A DNA stretch of 62,096 bases, filler included, from Sphacelaria rigidula (lineage: Eukaryota), in assembly GCA_964200075.2 (NCBI GenBank). It is 9 parts of 9 records of this genome, joined end to end, with 100 filler letters (N's around TTAATTAATTAA, not from the genome) between each part and the next. Parts side by side here need not be neighbours in the genome. Positions count along the whole stretch, not along the records: positions 34,557 to 41,366 come from CAXNAA020017963.1; positions 41,467 to 48,276 come from CAXNAA020017964.1; positions 48,377 to 55,186 come from CAXNAA020017965.1; 6 more parts are not named here. One strand, 5' to 3'. The notes beneath the pieces are model-generated. The model searched no databases and was not told the DNA's origin. It saw only the letters and a program-made list of their open reading frames with translations. A program made the position numbers and the translations under genes. Each line of letters begins with the position of its first letter. Position 1 is the stretch's first letter. This document shows, one piece after another, positions 34,854 through 48,779 of this stretch.

Positions 34854-35160
34854 GAGCAATGACTCGAGTGCTCGCCCTATTCATTTGTTTCCCCAACGAG
34901 CAATGACTCGAGTGATCGCCCTATTCATTTATTTCCACAACGAGCAATGACTCGAGTGCTCGCCCTATTCATTCATTTCCCCAATGAGCAATGACTCGAG
35001 TGCTCGCTCTATTCATTGTTACGGCCAACGAGCGATGACTCGAGTGCTCGCTCTATTCATTGTTACGACCAACGAGCGATGACTCGAGTGCTCGCTCTAT
35101 TCATTTTTTCCACAACGAGCAATGACTCGAGTGCTAGCCCTATTAATTTTGACGGCCAAC
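34854..35160. repeat. Seven-unit ~44-bp palindromic minisatellite
   Basis: GAGCAATGACTCGAGTGCTCGCyCTATTCATT plus ~12 variable nt ending in caac or caat, seven times. Confidence 0.92.
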
Positions 35161-38100
35161 GAGAAGCCCAACAAGTGCAAGTGCCACGAGTCACACTCGT
35201 GCTCGTCCGACGTATGAAATCTTTCCGAAGATGCCAAATCCGCCAAGGCCCGTATTCCGCCAAAAATCCGTGATGAGAGGTTGAAAAGGGCAGTTCTCGG
35301 AGTTTTTTTTTTCAGTCTATAAGAAGAGGCCTCAGACCGCTGTCAGGCACAAACGAGCGAAAAAAACGCGGGAGACAAAACTACCCCTTTCATGGCACAC
35401 GTAGGGGTGAACGGCGATCGCGGTGAAACGCTCATTTTTGTAGATGGTGCAAGGAACACGATGGCTAACTCGCTTTTCAAGCGCAGACCAATCAGGCACG
35501 GACGAGCGGTGAAGCATTGGAGTACGTCAAAGAGCACAGTATACACCACAACGCGCAGCACGGGTTCAACGGCTGAGAGCCAAAATGAACGGCAAGATCT
35601 GAGGGAAACATGTCAGCAGCAGCCACGAAGAGAACAGATTGATGGTTTTTTTCATAAGACGTGAGGCAAACCAAAAACCGCCGCGGAGAAAGTCCTCGTG
35701 TCAGAACTTCGTTCGTAAAGCACAACGCTCACACCCTCTTCTTGAGTACTATAGTGCGGTGGAGAGCATAGTGCATGACAGCACCCAGCATGGGCTCAAC
35801 TCAACGACTTCCAGCGGAAACTGATGGTGATAGCTGAGAGCAATGTTTCAGCAGCTGCCACGGGGGAAACGAAACGGTGGCTTTATGGGACATGTATGGC
35901 GACACAGTGATAACCGTGGATAACTCAATCGTTTAGGGAAGTCGCACGGGGAGTACAAGACGCACTCCCTGTTTGAGGCACAGACCACAGTCTACCATGA
36001 AGTGGGCTGGCTAAGAGATGGCTGATAGCGATAGAGAAGGCATGCGAAGCCAACACGTCGAGGCTTGTACAATGTAGACTATGAGGAACAAATGTCACTG
36101 GGCTTGACAACGATAGCGTTCGGCGGGCTGGGTGGGCGCTTGAGATCCGCAGAGTTCAAGCGTGAACTCCCCCTTCGCCCCCCAGTACTCCGAATACCAA
36201 AAAGGGCGCTCCCACTCACTGCCCCTCGTCAACGCGCGTGTCGTGCACTCTTCCGTGTCGCGGGCAAGATCCTCGCCACCTCAGCAACGCTTCTCTGTTC
36301 ACGCTGCCATTCATTCCCTCGAATAGCGCCATTTTACCAGCCATTCCTATCCCGACTCATTGTGTGTAGCGCGTGGCAGTGGGCATTGCCAATAGACCCC
36401 CCCACGCACAACTTTCCCCAGGGCGGCATACGAGACTCGTAGTTTTGCGGTGAAGGGCGTGCGGTCATCGGGTTCAGGCCCTCCTGAATAGCGTGCAGCA
36501 GTTACACACTCCCTGTTTCTGCTAGCGTGAGATCCAGCTTGAACGCCCCACGACTTTCTAGTGACGCGGTTACGCCTGCGCGAACGTTGTGTACATCATT
36601 CCGCGCGAGTTGAACTGCCCTCCAAGCCTCTTTTCGTTCCACCTCAAATCCCTTGCGAAGTTTTCAGGCGCCCGCATGCCTGCCTCATCTTTCGGTCACT
36701 ACCTGCGGAGTCGCTTCCTCTCAGCTCTCTCAGGTCTGGGAGCACTTTCCTCCCAGGTGTTGGTTCTCATCATCAACGCCGTTGTGGATGTGAAGGCGGG
36801 CGATACTCCCGAGTACCAGAAGCCATCCGGGTGGGTGGACCGTACCACATGGTTCACAGTATTCTTCTCCCACTACGGAGCTACTAGGCTCACACGATAG
36901 CTGTATTACCGAATAGCGTCCAAGATCAACTCATTTACCTGGGCGAACGGCTCAGGGTGCTCATGACAGGGTACGGCTGCAGGGTCAAGGCTACACGCCT
37001 CGAAGATTTCAAAATGTAGGCTCCCTTCCGCAAAGGGTTCGTGATCACAGGAACGCGGACGGCACTATATCGCTCATCGTCCTCTTTGAACGTGCCGTCT
37101 GGAGGCTGAATCTGTAGCTTGTATTTCTTAATTGAACGATTTTGAAGTGCTTTGTACGTCAGCCGCACTAAAACTATGCGTCTACATATATATTTAGAGT
37201 TCCAGTTACGGTTACGTGTTGGTCTTGCTTCCAGAAAGTGCGTCCGGCCGGAACAGCTCTAAATCAACGTTCGCGCGCGGTTCTCCAACTGTCTTGAACC
37301 TATCTCGCAACATATGATGAAGTCGCAAGACTGTCATGACATGCTGCGACACCGCGATACCACATGCGAATTGCGTCGCTGTTTGTACCTGCGAGTGCCA
37401 AGGTCATGACGGATCTTGTACTTGCTATCAGAGTAGGATCAGGTGCCATCTCAGCGGTTAGCTATAACATTATGTTCCAATCGTGCGTCCAACATCACGT
37501 TTGCCCAGCCTACTCTGCCCAGTGCCGGTGCACCCGCGGGCTTTTGAGCGGAGGGCTGATCGCATAAGAGGCACAAGCGTGTCCTTGTGGCGGGGTGCGT
37601 TACATAGGAACCCTGCTTTGCTGGTCACGGACAAGGAGCAGGAATATAAACGTTGTTGAAGACCGCATACCGTTTATTATGCTATACTACCTTCGAATGA
37701 AAGACCCACGAATCACGAGCCAAAAAGAGATGGGAAACCAGGAGTGAGACCTAGTTGCACAGTGTCATGAGGAAAGAAGATAGAGAGGCGTTATTTGTTC
37801 CTTCAGACAGTTTTGGGGCAGGTTGGCTCACAGATCACTCGATCCAGCCATGGGAATGCTCCCAAAGTTCTGGGGAAGGTTGATGTACAGGCTGCGTTCT
37901 AGGGAAGATTGATGCACAGGCTGGTATATCCTAGCTAGGGAAGATTAGTGTGCAGGCTGACATGCCCTGGCCCCGAGGAGGCAAACGCCTTCTCGGGCCG
38001 AATTCAGATAGGTTGCGTCGCATGTACCCATGCATCCTCGCTCACTCTTGAGCTACCCTTCGAGCCGGACCATCTGCTCCTACTGTTTACCATTGGTGAG

Positions 38101-41100
38101 AACAGTGTGCTGGGCGATCAAGGGGATAGTCAGTGAGAGTTAAAAATATATCAAGCCTTTGAGCTCCTTTTGTTTGTTGCTACTGTGACCAACAGTCACG
38201 TGAATCTGCACGTGTGCATTTGCCGCTTGCTTTACTCGGACACCTGGTGCGTTTGCGCACCTACTCAAGCTTGCAGCACACTGATCATAGCTAGGAAGGT
38301 GTGGTCCTTGTTTCTACCCCCATCTATATCACAAAGGCACAGGTACTATGTGCGGTACACATACGGAGAAAAGCTTATGCAGTAGCTAAGAACTGACTAT
38401 GAAGCAAGCGGAGGCAACTAGCTCCGGGGGCGCTACACATAGATTTGACTACTACTAACGAAAAGCCAAGGAAAGGAGGGAACGACGGTACCTGTAAATG
38501 CAACCAAAGACTGCTACGGGGACGTGAAGGGATTCGACAAAAACAGAGACCACTCCGTCGTAAAAAGGGAACACGAGTCGCTATGCAATACTCAGTCAGT
38601 AGACAAGACAAGAGCCCGACAACGGGCTGGAGCAACCAGCAGAGTACACGAGCCTGTGTAACTCTTGTTCATGTGTCCAAGATATTATTTTGATCTTACG
38701 TATAGGTTTAGTATATCTCTTCGTTTAATGCTTGGTCTCAACCTTCTGCTTACCCAATCTCTCACGTTCAATCTCGCACGTTCACTCAATAATCTCACCG
38801 ATGCTCGGCTTCCTTGCAAAGAGCTTGGGTGGCAAGTAGTAGTGCGGAACGATGGGGAGGTGCTCGGGGGTCGGCAGATAGGCACCCCCTCGCTTTTTAC
38901 CCGTTCATACTCGTATCGACCAACTCTGAACAGACCTGCAGTCTTGGAGATACCCTGAACCAATATTTTTCTAGACTCATTGACTGTTCTGAGCGTGATA
39001 ACAGGCTAATATGCTAGATTACTATGCTCCTTCATGACAGTAACTTCATGACAGTAACTTCATGACAGTAACCCACCAAGACGAACCTCTGTTGCAGCTG
39101 CGAGAATATATCCTTAAAAGCAGCGAAAACTAAGGTTTTTTTTTATTCGTGAGGTCGTCAGCGGCTAATGCTAATACAACACGCCTAAGGGAATACTCCC
39201 GACCCACTCCCACACCTCAGAGTAAAGAAGGCAGAAACTAAAGTGCTTCAAAACCCGGGAGCACAAAACTGATGCCGCGTGCTAGAAACAAACGAAGAAG
39301 CACACAATGCTTCGGCGTCCTAGCAAGACGAGTAAAAAATCAGGGGGGGTACAACAGGGAGCAAGCTGCGCCAGCCAATTGTCTTAAAGAGGGAGTAGCT
39401 AATGCACTGGCTGGGGTCTCTCAGTATGAGCGCCAGGAGATACCATGGTGCCAACCCACCAAGCTCTCACGTGGGCAACTTCACACAGACCTAGCTATCC
39501 ATCATTGGCTACCACAGAGTAGGTTCATCCATGTTCAGACTGTCGACTAGGAACTCACGTGTTTGCTTAGCATCATGTTTTATCTACAAGCCTCTCTTAC
39601 TCAGCATAGCCGGGGCGCAGCCATAAGAGTAGAGCGTAGTGATGGCCCAGGCTAAAGACCAAGGCGAGCCGGTAACTGATGAGATGGGGTAACGCGGCCT
39701 GCAGCCGCGGCTGAACAACCCTAACTAATGACAGTAGCAAACGCAGTAACAACGCGTCGCGGAATCCAGGGTTTACGAGCAGACCCGCACAGCGTATATC
39801 TTGCAACGCCTCTGAGCTTCATCACACTAGCCCATCCTAGACGAGTCCTTATGCAGTTGAATCATCATCACCTCGGCACAATGCAATTGCGCCGAGGAAC
39901 TTCAAAAATTCAACGAGAAAGGGCTCTTCTACACTACACTCGTACAAAAGCATGAAGCGAAGGAAAATATTATCACTTTCCCACACCTCCAAAAGGCGAG
40001 CATCGCTGCGATCCGACACAATATCAAGCGTCCAATCCACAAAATGTTATCTACGTGACACTCACGCAATTATGTTGAACAAGACGACACACACGCGAGT
40101 CCATCTATAAAGTAAAGCACTAAATGGTACGCACGCGTGGACTTCATCTACCAACGGAACAAGAGCGGAATGCCAGACAAGCCGGGAAAGGGGGAGGGAA
40201 AACGCAGTTGCGGCATAGCATCGCGGCGACTGCTCTGGTTGGACGTAGATCCAAGTGAGCTCCACGGCTTTGTTCGACTCCGTCCCGACACATCCGTTGC
40301 GTATAGCGAGGGTGGTACCCCGCCCTTTTCCTTGGCAGGGCGTTTGAAGTGGCAAACTTGCCTTGAAAAAGGCGTGCAGCGTAAAGTACAATGCGATGGG
40401 GGGGGGGACCTATGCAGCAACAGGGAGATAAAAGCTGGGATGCAGCCGATGTTCAGGTTAGGTGTGCCCGAAGTGCGAATTCAAAACCTCTGCAGGGGTG
40501 GGCACTAGCCCATCCAAGACGACACTCAGGGTAAGGAGCCAAAGGTCGTTGGGGAGAACTTTTCGTTTAGCGCGGCGGATCAACTGTCACGTGATATGAG
40601 CGAAAACGTAGTGCCAATTTAAAAAAAATCGTCAGAGCGCAATACCCAACTCAAAGCAATCGTCCGGCGAAAATACGGCCTACAACTAGGGCGGTATAAG
40701 TGGTCGTTCCCGGTGGAACACTGGACCACGCGCAACGGAACGACAAAAGAGAACACACCCGTGTTGCTACCTGATCAGGCTGTGCTACGGGATAGGGGTA
40801 GAACAAACAACGAATACATCCAGATGATTTGTCGAATTGCAGTAAGTCACCTCGACCTAAAACAGTCGTCGGGCATGAATACGGCCTACAACAAGGGCGG
40901 TATAAACAGCAGTACACGATATAACCAAGGACCCGTGCAACAAGACGATGTAAGGGAGAACTCCCGTGCGGCGAGCTCTTTTTGCTGGCGCCAGGGGGTT
41001 GAGCAGTAACAACAACAAACACATTCAGAGAACGATTCATCAAAATTCCAAACATGCGGGAGGCTGGACAAAATTAAATCTACAGTCCTCGCGTCGCCTA

Positions 41101-42381
41101 AAGAAACCTCGAAGACAAGAAGAAAAAGAAACACTAGATGCTCAAGGGGCACGGACAGAGATGCGACAGCGACAAGAAATGTGACTACGGTTACTGCAAA
41201 CAGAATAACCAAGAAGGTGAACTCAACACAAAGAAACACGGTACCAACACCTGTGGGGGCTACCATGCAGCGAAAGGGGGGGGGGGGGGGGGGCTACGAT
41301 CTGATACCTGACCAGATCGGATTAGGGTTCTGAAATCCTCCAAGGTGGGCTCGCCGCCCCCCGCATNNNNNNNNNNNNNNNNNNNNNNNNNNNNNNNNNN
41401 NNNNNNNNNNTTAATTAATTAANNNNNNNNNNNNNNNNNNNNNNNNNNNNNNNNNNNNNNNNNNNNATGTACTGAACTGTTCTGGGCTGTAGCCAGCTAG
41501 CGGAGGGAAATGAAGCCCAGACCGGGCCTGGACAAAAAAAAAACCCCAAACAATTCAATCTCATTGCCCTCTCTGCGGCACATGGGGCTTGAGTAGCGCA
41601 CGTGTGTCCATCAACACAGAAATCCAGGGTTAAATCCGTTCGAGAATCATGGGAAACAACGAAAAAAACGATGATTTTGGTTTGATTATTATATAACGAC
41701 CCGTACCCATGAACTCGGTGCCGCGTTTTAGAGTCACTGAAGACCGAGCTTCGAGGACGAAGCATTGCAAGCCAGCCGGTCCGGTCCGGTTAAACAAGTG
41801 AAGGAGCATTGAGCAGAACGATCAAGAAAACGACTGAAGAAGAGTCTTGTAGATCGAGTGGGTATTAACGTGTACATATTGCGTGAGACTATAGTTGGGG
41901 TGCACATTGAATCGTGTCATGCACGGTTGGTTTCTACAGCAGACTGCTTCGGCCTGCTACCTGTCACAGCAGCGTGCTTGCTTACACGCCTGCGTACCCC
42001 CATTACAGCGGTGTACCAGTAGTGCGTACCGTGAGAAAGTCGGGACGCGTGACGCGTGGCAGACGGTGGAATGGGACTTACCCCGCGAGCGGGTCGATTC
42101 TCGACAGATACGGCCTCCGCTTACACGCACATCCTTCAGACACACAAACTCTGGAGTACAACTCACAGTCTTGAACGAAAGTAAAGATAACGAAAACAAG
42201 AAAAATAATACAATGAAAATGTAAATTGAAGTGGAAAATAAATTACCATTGAAAAATTGCTACAAAAATATAAGAAAATATTTTACACTCCAGTACTTAT
42301 GTTTTTTTTAATAACGCTTATGTTTTTACAATAGTAACTACTTGATATTCGAATGGCGTTATTAGTTTAAGTCATTATTTA

Positions 42382-42790
42382 CAGGGGTATACACGTTACA
42401 CGTGACGTTTGTACGTGACACATTCGAAAAAACATAACTTTGGGTCATTTAAAGCTAGGGAAGGTTTGATTTTTTCGATGTGACAAATGTAACGTGTGGT
42501 CCTTCGCATGAACCCCAACATAGCGTTTTACTTTCTAAATGTGACGAAAACTCCGCTTGTTTTCGTGAATTTGCAACGTGTCACGTGTCACGTTACAAAA
42601 TTCATACAAACAGCATTTTTTCACATATGGAAAATCCCAAGAGAAACTGCTTCAAGGCCCACACGTTACATCACGTCACACTACATTTGTCCCGTCCAAA
42701 AAATCAAACCTTACGTAGCGTTAAATGGCCCAAAGTTACGTTTTCCCCGTTTCTTTTTAATGTGTGACGTGTGTAACGTGTATATCCCTG
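42382..42790. mobile_element. ~409-bp palindromic MITE
   Basis: TIR caggggtatacacgttacac / gtgtaacgtgtatatccctg with long subterminal inverted similarity. Flanks attattta/attataag. Confidence 0.75.
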
Positions 42791-42939
42791 ATTATAAGTA
42801 TAGTTATTTAACTTCTATTTAGACTATGGTCTCATATTTTGTAAATACGTAAAACCTTTTGTGTTTATTTTAATTCAGAAAAACGTTTTTTCTAACTGGA
42901 TGTCGCTTGTTCATGACGGTGGTGCCTCTTGGTGCACAG

Positions 42940-43051
42940 GCTGGACAAGGCTCAGATGCTGTTCGAGGCAGGCCTGGAGAATTGCCCGGATAATCCATAC
43001 CTCCTGCAGGCCTTCGCTGTCATGGAGGAGGAACGAGGCAATCAGGCCAAG
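42940..43051 (+). CDS. HAT/TPR-repeat protein, Mbb1/HCF107-like, exon
   Basis: cag|G...AAG|gtgat. LDKAQMLFEAGLENCPDNPYLLQAFAVMEEERGNQAK. Confidence 0.85.
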
Positions 43052-44034
43052 GTGATTTCGTTTTTTTTTGTCTATGTTCCTGAACCATCCAACCGTGGGG
43101 TTACGATATGAAACGCATTTGTTTCCGCGTGAAACTCGTGGAGTCCAGGGATCTGACGTGTCAGACGACACACCTCCGTGCCCAAGTTTTTTCGCCGGCT
43201 ACGGGATTGTCGAGCGATCGATATGGCACGGGAGTCTGACATGAAGACTAAACAAAATCTCAGTACTCTGTACGACCTCGAGCACAGTGGAGTTCACCAC
43301 TTGGTCGGAATGAACTCTCCCGGAATGTCGTCACTTGATTTGAGTGTAAACATCGACATTCGGGTATTTAGCGTGGTTGACAGTCTCAAGTGCTCTACCC
43401 GGCGTGCTCCGTCCCGGTTTTGTAAGGATGTGGGGTCAATGTTTTCATGACTGTGGCATGCGAGATCATGAGTACACCGCCCTTGCCCGAGGGTTCTCAG
43501 TATGCCTTGGGTCGGGGTTCGCGTAAGCGTTAGTCGAAATAACATATTTTCGAGAAAATTCTTGTCCGACCAAGTGTTTGCCTGACCTCCTTCGGCATTG
43601 CTCCGAGTGATGGACGTTATTGGGGGGCACTTTGGCAAAATATCTCTTCCCTCCCATGCCATGAGATCGTTCTTATGTTGTTTTGGTTGCTGGTTCGTGC
43701 ATAAGGATTAGTCGTCGTATGTATGCCTGGTGGATCTGGTGCTGTGGTGTGTACGGTGTGGCGCACCTTGACGTGCTTGCTGTGCTGTGCTGTGCTGTTT
43801 TGTTTGTTTCTCGTGTGCGTTTCCTGTGGGGTTGCTGTGCGTTAGTAGTGCGGACATTGTCGAATGCCTCTTTGAAGCATGACTATTGCTCATTTAGTCT
43901 GTTGTTGTTGTTGGAGTTGTCGTCATCGTATTTTTTTAGGCATCGATCCCGCTCATGTGGACTCATCTCAGTCGTTGTTGTTGTTGCTGCTGCTGTTGCT
44001 GCTGTTGCTGCTTCGCCCCGTCGCGGTCTGGTAG

Positions 44035-44196
44035 GCGTTGACCCTGCTGAACAAATCCGTGAGGTTAAATCCGCAACACACAGCGTCATGGGTGGCGCTA
44101 GGACTCCTGAACGAACGGAATCGGCGGATCAACGAAGCTAGGGGTTGCTTCCAGAAAGCCACCAAAAGCGATCCCAGAAACGCCTACACCTGGCTG
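44035..44196 (+). CDS. HAT/TPR-repeat protein, exon
   Basis: tag|GCG...CTG|gtgaga, 162 nt. ALTLLNKSVRLNPQHTASWVALGLLNERNRRINEARGCFQKATKSDPRNAYTWL. Absent from the ORF track but in phase with both neighbours. Confidence 0.88.
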
Positions 44197-44568
44197 GTGA
44201 GAGAACGCTTGTGACTAGCGAGTATGTGCTGGACCATATATTACATACATTGTGGGGGTACCGCTACAGTGCGGTCAAGATCTCTTTGTCTCGAGTCCGA
44301 TAGGCTATACTATCATCAAGTGATTGCACCATAAAGTGATGCCCCCCCCCCCCCCCCCCCCCCACGGAGAGACGGCAGCAGGAGGCAGAAGGGGAGCAAG
44401 ACGGGAAAGAAAACAGACTTGAATANNNNNNNNNNCTCTTTTTTTTTGGGGCCCGGAGGCTTATCCATACAAAAAAGGTTTGAACCAAAAATGGATGCCC
44501 CCCCCCCCCCCCCCCCAGAGAGGTGTAACGGGGACGGAGACAAAATCTGCATGTGAGGTATTTGAACC

Positions 44569-44852
44569 TGGTTTCTGAAACCAGCAATATCTGCAATCTT
44601 CAAAATAGATTTTAAGAAGTGATTTCTGAAACCAGCTATATTTGCGTTCTTGAAAACAGATTTTTGTACGACTGGTTCCTGAAACTAGCGATGTCTGCAT
44701 GTTTGAAAATACACTTCAAGAACCGGTTTCTGGAACCAGCTACTGTAGCTACATCTTCATTCTTCGAAATGATATCCAACACTTAGTTTCTGGAAGAAGC
44801 CCTATTTGCCTTATTCGAAACAGATTTTCAGATCTGGTCTCTGAAACAACCC
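44569..44852. repeat. Six ~52-bp tandem units with palindromic core tggtttc-t-gaaacca, intronic
   Basis: Core at ~44569, 44620, 44673, 44724, 44784 and 44835. Confidence 0.7.
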
Positions 44853-45039
44853 ATCATCTCGATGCGCTGAATGACAATTTCTCCGTGCCTGCTTTGGGTC
44901 TTAAGGTCTTCGAGGCGGGGGGGGGGGGGGGGGGGGGGGGCCCTTTCGCGGCCTCATTTTCCCTCCAGGGGTGTTTTGTGGGGGGGCCGAGAAAAGTGGG
45001 NNNNNNNNNNGGTGTGGCTGGGGGGTGGGGGGTGGGGGT

Positions 45040-45074
<35 letters not shown>

Positions 45075-46479
45075 GAAGGGGACCCTTTCGCGGCATCATT
45101 GTCACTCTATAGCTGTATAGTGCGGGGTCCCAGAACAGTGCGGTCATGCCGCGATAGCGATACACTGTTATGGAAACCCCGCTGTATAGTCATGCGACAG
45201 CAAAACGCTTGTCCGACCTTTTTTGTTGTCCGTTCCGATTCGGCGGATGTGCGGTAAAGGTGCGATTTCCCACGTTTTCGTCTATACCGTACTGTGGCGT
45301 TTGTTCGCGTGGTGGCTCGTTAGCTTTACGGCAGCGACACTACACGTTGTATATTTACTAAAGTACAGCTGTCAACTTGAAACTTGATATTTTCGATTGA
45401 ACGCGTTTTTTTTTTTTGCTCCTTTGTTTCGGTTGCCGCGACCCATCATGGTTTCTGGTTGATCCCAAAGTGTAGAAATCGAGATGAGGGAATATTTTTC
45501 ACGACCAGTTTTGAACGAAAGACAGGCTTACCGGTCTCCGAGGGTCATACGAGAGTACAGCCTCCGGTTCACGCTCATTGATATTTTCGTTCGACCGAAC
45601 CGATGCGGATCGTTACAATGAAAAATTTAACGGCTTCCAGTGTTTTTTTTTACATCGATATTCATTTCGCTTCAGTCGAAAATACGTGTTTTGGGCCATA
45701 TGCCTTCAAAGACGCCCCTTCGATAAAGGGGAATTCACTCCGTACTGTTCCGACAGCACAAAACTGACAAATGTGTCCTGATGCACGACCTGCGTCCTTT
45801 TCAATCGCCTACCGACTCTCGAAACTCTCGATTGAATGAGGCTGAAAAATCGCCTGTGAAAAAATCCCGATTGAGTAAATCACCATACTTCAAGTTTGAC
45901 TACTTACTTCTACCCTTGTTATGACTGTCGTACATCTTCATCGTGGCTCGAAGTTGAGTCCTCCGCATGACAGCAGGCAAACTGCTTGGTGCATGTACCC
46001 CACCATTGTGCGTGCGGGGGTACATGTTATCCTGTGAGCAAACTCTGCAAAGATGGCTCGGACAAGGCGGGGTAACCAAGAATATCGAGTGTTCCCAGTG
46101 TACCGAATATTCGGGGGTACCTGGGGTATTGACTGCCCTGGGTGTTGAGGCCCCGCACCCCCTCCCCCCCCCCTGGCATATACAAGATAATCACTACGCT
46201 TCGGGCTGAACAGAGCAATCTTGGCAGGATGCAGCTCAACCTCCATGCGACTCACGGCGCCTCGCGCTTGGTGATCGATTGCGGGCCTGGTCCGGCGAAA
46301 AACTCGGCGTTCTCTGTTCTCTGTTCCGGCTTTGTAGGGATGCGAGGTCAATGGTCACAAAACTACGACATGCAAGATCATTGAGTACACCCTCCTCCCG
46401 TCCTCCCAGATACCCGACAATGGACCCGTATGGTGGCTTACTCAGCTTCGTATCTTCGCGTTTGTCATTGGGGCGTCAG

Positions 46480-46581
46480 GTGTGGGCTTTGCTGGAGAAA
46501 CGATTCGGGTCTGTGGACGTTGCTCGGGAAAAGTTCAAGCTATGTGCGAGGGCCAACCCGAAGAACGCAAAGGCGTACCAG
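46480..46581 (+). CDS. HAT/TPR-repeat protein, exon
   Basis: cag|GTG...CAG|gtgat, 102 nt = 34 aa. VWALLEKRFGSVDVAREKFKLCARANPKNAKAYQ. Confidence 0.88.
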
Positions 46582-48111
46582 GTGATGGATGACGAAGTCG
46601 ATAATAACCCAACGTGATCGGTAACACCCATTTCCTGAAGAACGATCCGGGACTCATTCCGCGGAAACGAACTCCCGACGCGTCATATTTTCGTTCTCGT
46701 GTCTTCAAGTTTTCAACTCACCCTATTCCTCGGGACGAATCGGTGGTGGTCTCAAGGAATCAACGCCATTTCTCCCCTGACACGCGCCTGATATATTTGT
46801 ATCGCGGGTTGGATCAGCCCTCACGCGTTGCACCCCCGTCAACTTTTGTCATAATTCTCAATTCTCCTGTGCTACTCGTACTCACATCGCATTTTCAAGC
46901 ACGGAAATCAGGTACCGTATTATTTGAGAGAGAGAAAACGTGAAATATTGGAGCGTAGCAGGATCTGCGGTTTGTGGAACGGGTACGAATGTGGAAAAGC
47001 TAGGCTAATGTGAGGGGATTGTGGGTCGGTTTTTGTAACAAATATATCACAGAGGTTGAGGGCTAAGCTTGGGGCAACGAGGAAAGACGGGCCGGCAGTT
47101 GAGTCTGAACTCTTTCTCTCGTTTTTGTTACAGTCTGGTTTGGATTTGCGTTGCGTCACATTTGATACTCAATTTAATGACAAATGTTCCACATTCATGA
47201 GAGGAGCAAAAGTATCTACCGGGGTTCCAAAGAGGTCATATTTCCACGTGGTGGAACGGATCTTTCTCGGAAATTTATGATTGTGAGATGACACTAACCC
47301 TCACTCCAATCTCAACCCTAACCCCAACCGAGGCATATAAGAAACCACGGGCAAGGGGGGGGGTGCAAAGCATTCCCTAGGCAAAGTGTGGCATTGGTAG
47401 ACCTCAGATCGGCATCTGCGGCGTCGATTTAGAGATGAACGCGTTGTGCACACGGTAGAAGAACTTGGGACTGTCAGCCGCACTGAAATTCCGAATTTCG
47501 GTGTTCAGATTCGAATCAAGCAAGAATATTTCGCGAAAACGCTATGCTACCAAGCGGTGATGCGTACTGGATTCGAATCCCTCACTCGCCTTTGACCCCT
47601 GCAAGGTGAGGTGTACCATTTTGAGTTGGACCACCGACATCACCACTCGGCGGCGGGTTGTGTATATCGGCGCGCTTATAACGTGTATGTGTGCATTCTG
47701 GTACTCGCCATATCACGTAGAATGCCGCCCTTTATTGTAAAGTGTACGCTCCGGTGCCTTTGAGGGGTACCGTATGCCATCACATTGACTTGAAAAATTC
47801 GTTTCTGTTTTCGAGGATCCCCTGTTGGTTGTAAAGTATGTATGTATTTGAAGCGTTCTCAATAGTGACAGTTTTCGTCTACCAGGCACCAGTTATGTTA
47901 TTGTTGTTGTTGTTTGTCGATAGTCGCCGTTTAGTCGCGGCAGCCAAGCTTTTTCTGTTGTGTTGTGTGCTGCCTTGACAACCGTTCCCGAAGATCCGAC
48001 AGTTGAGGAACAGGTTTGAAGCATGAAGTCGTGGAAGGATTTACGCGCATAGCAGTTGGTGTAATAACCACGTTGGTTGAATTTTCTTGTGAAACCTGAT
48101 TGGATAATGTT

Positions 48112-48276
48112 CAAGGGTAGGTCGACTAGAGTATACTCAATACTCAGTATTTTTGAAGAGTCATACTTTTAGTACTCGAAGTTTGAGTAGAGTATTGAGA
48201 TCATACTCAACGTACTCAAATTTTGAGTAGAGTATTTGAGGCCGTACTCAACGTACTCAAAAGTTGAGAAGAGTAT
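48112..48276 (+). mobile_element. Second copy (left end) of the hAT-type element with 41-bp repeats
   Basis: caagggtaggtcgactagagtatactcaatactcagtatt..., near-identical to 24594 onward; cut by the scaffold end. Confidence 0.85.
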
Positions 48277-48779
48277 NNNNNNNNNNNNNNNNNNNNNNNN
48301 NNNNNNNNNNNNNNNNNNNNTTAATTAATTAANNNNNNNNNNNNNNNNNNNNNNNNNNNNNNNNNNNNNNNNNNNNGGGGAAAGCACTGTTTTAGGCTTG
48401 AGCCTCATCTCGAAGTTAAACCTCAATTCTCACAATTTGTTGTTGTATGTAGACTCTGGCCACCATTGTTACCTAAGCTTAGGGACATTGTGTAGGTGGA
48501 GTTGCGGGTCTGATTGTCCGACGCTGTGATGGGTGACTTCCATGACATCTAGGCTTAGTTTTGCTACTCTGGTGGAGAAAGGCTATGGTCCTGTTCTCCT
48601 GTACTATGCTGAGGGTTAATATATGAATACCTAAAGCTGTTGAAGCCCATGTGCCCGTGATGGGGTGAGTCCACATGGGGATCTGATCTTGAGTGACAGA
48701 AGTCTATAATGAACGTTCATGAGATCCGCTGAGGCGGTAGGTCCGCTGAAAAGTAGCTGACATTTCGAGGCCAGGGAAG

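Noticed and set aside
34854-35160. CRISPR array
   Set aside because: Linkers are only ~12 nt and resemble one another, there are no cas genes, and the context is eukaryotic.
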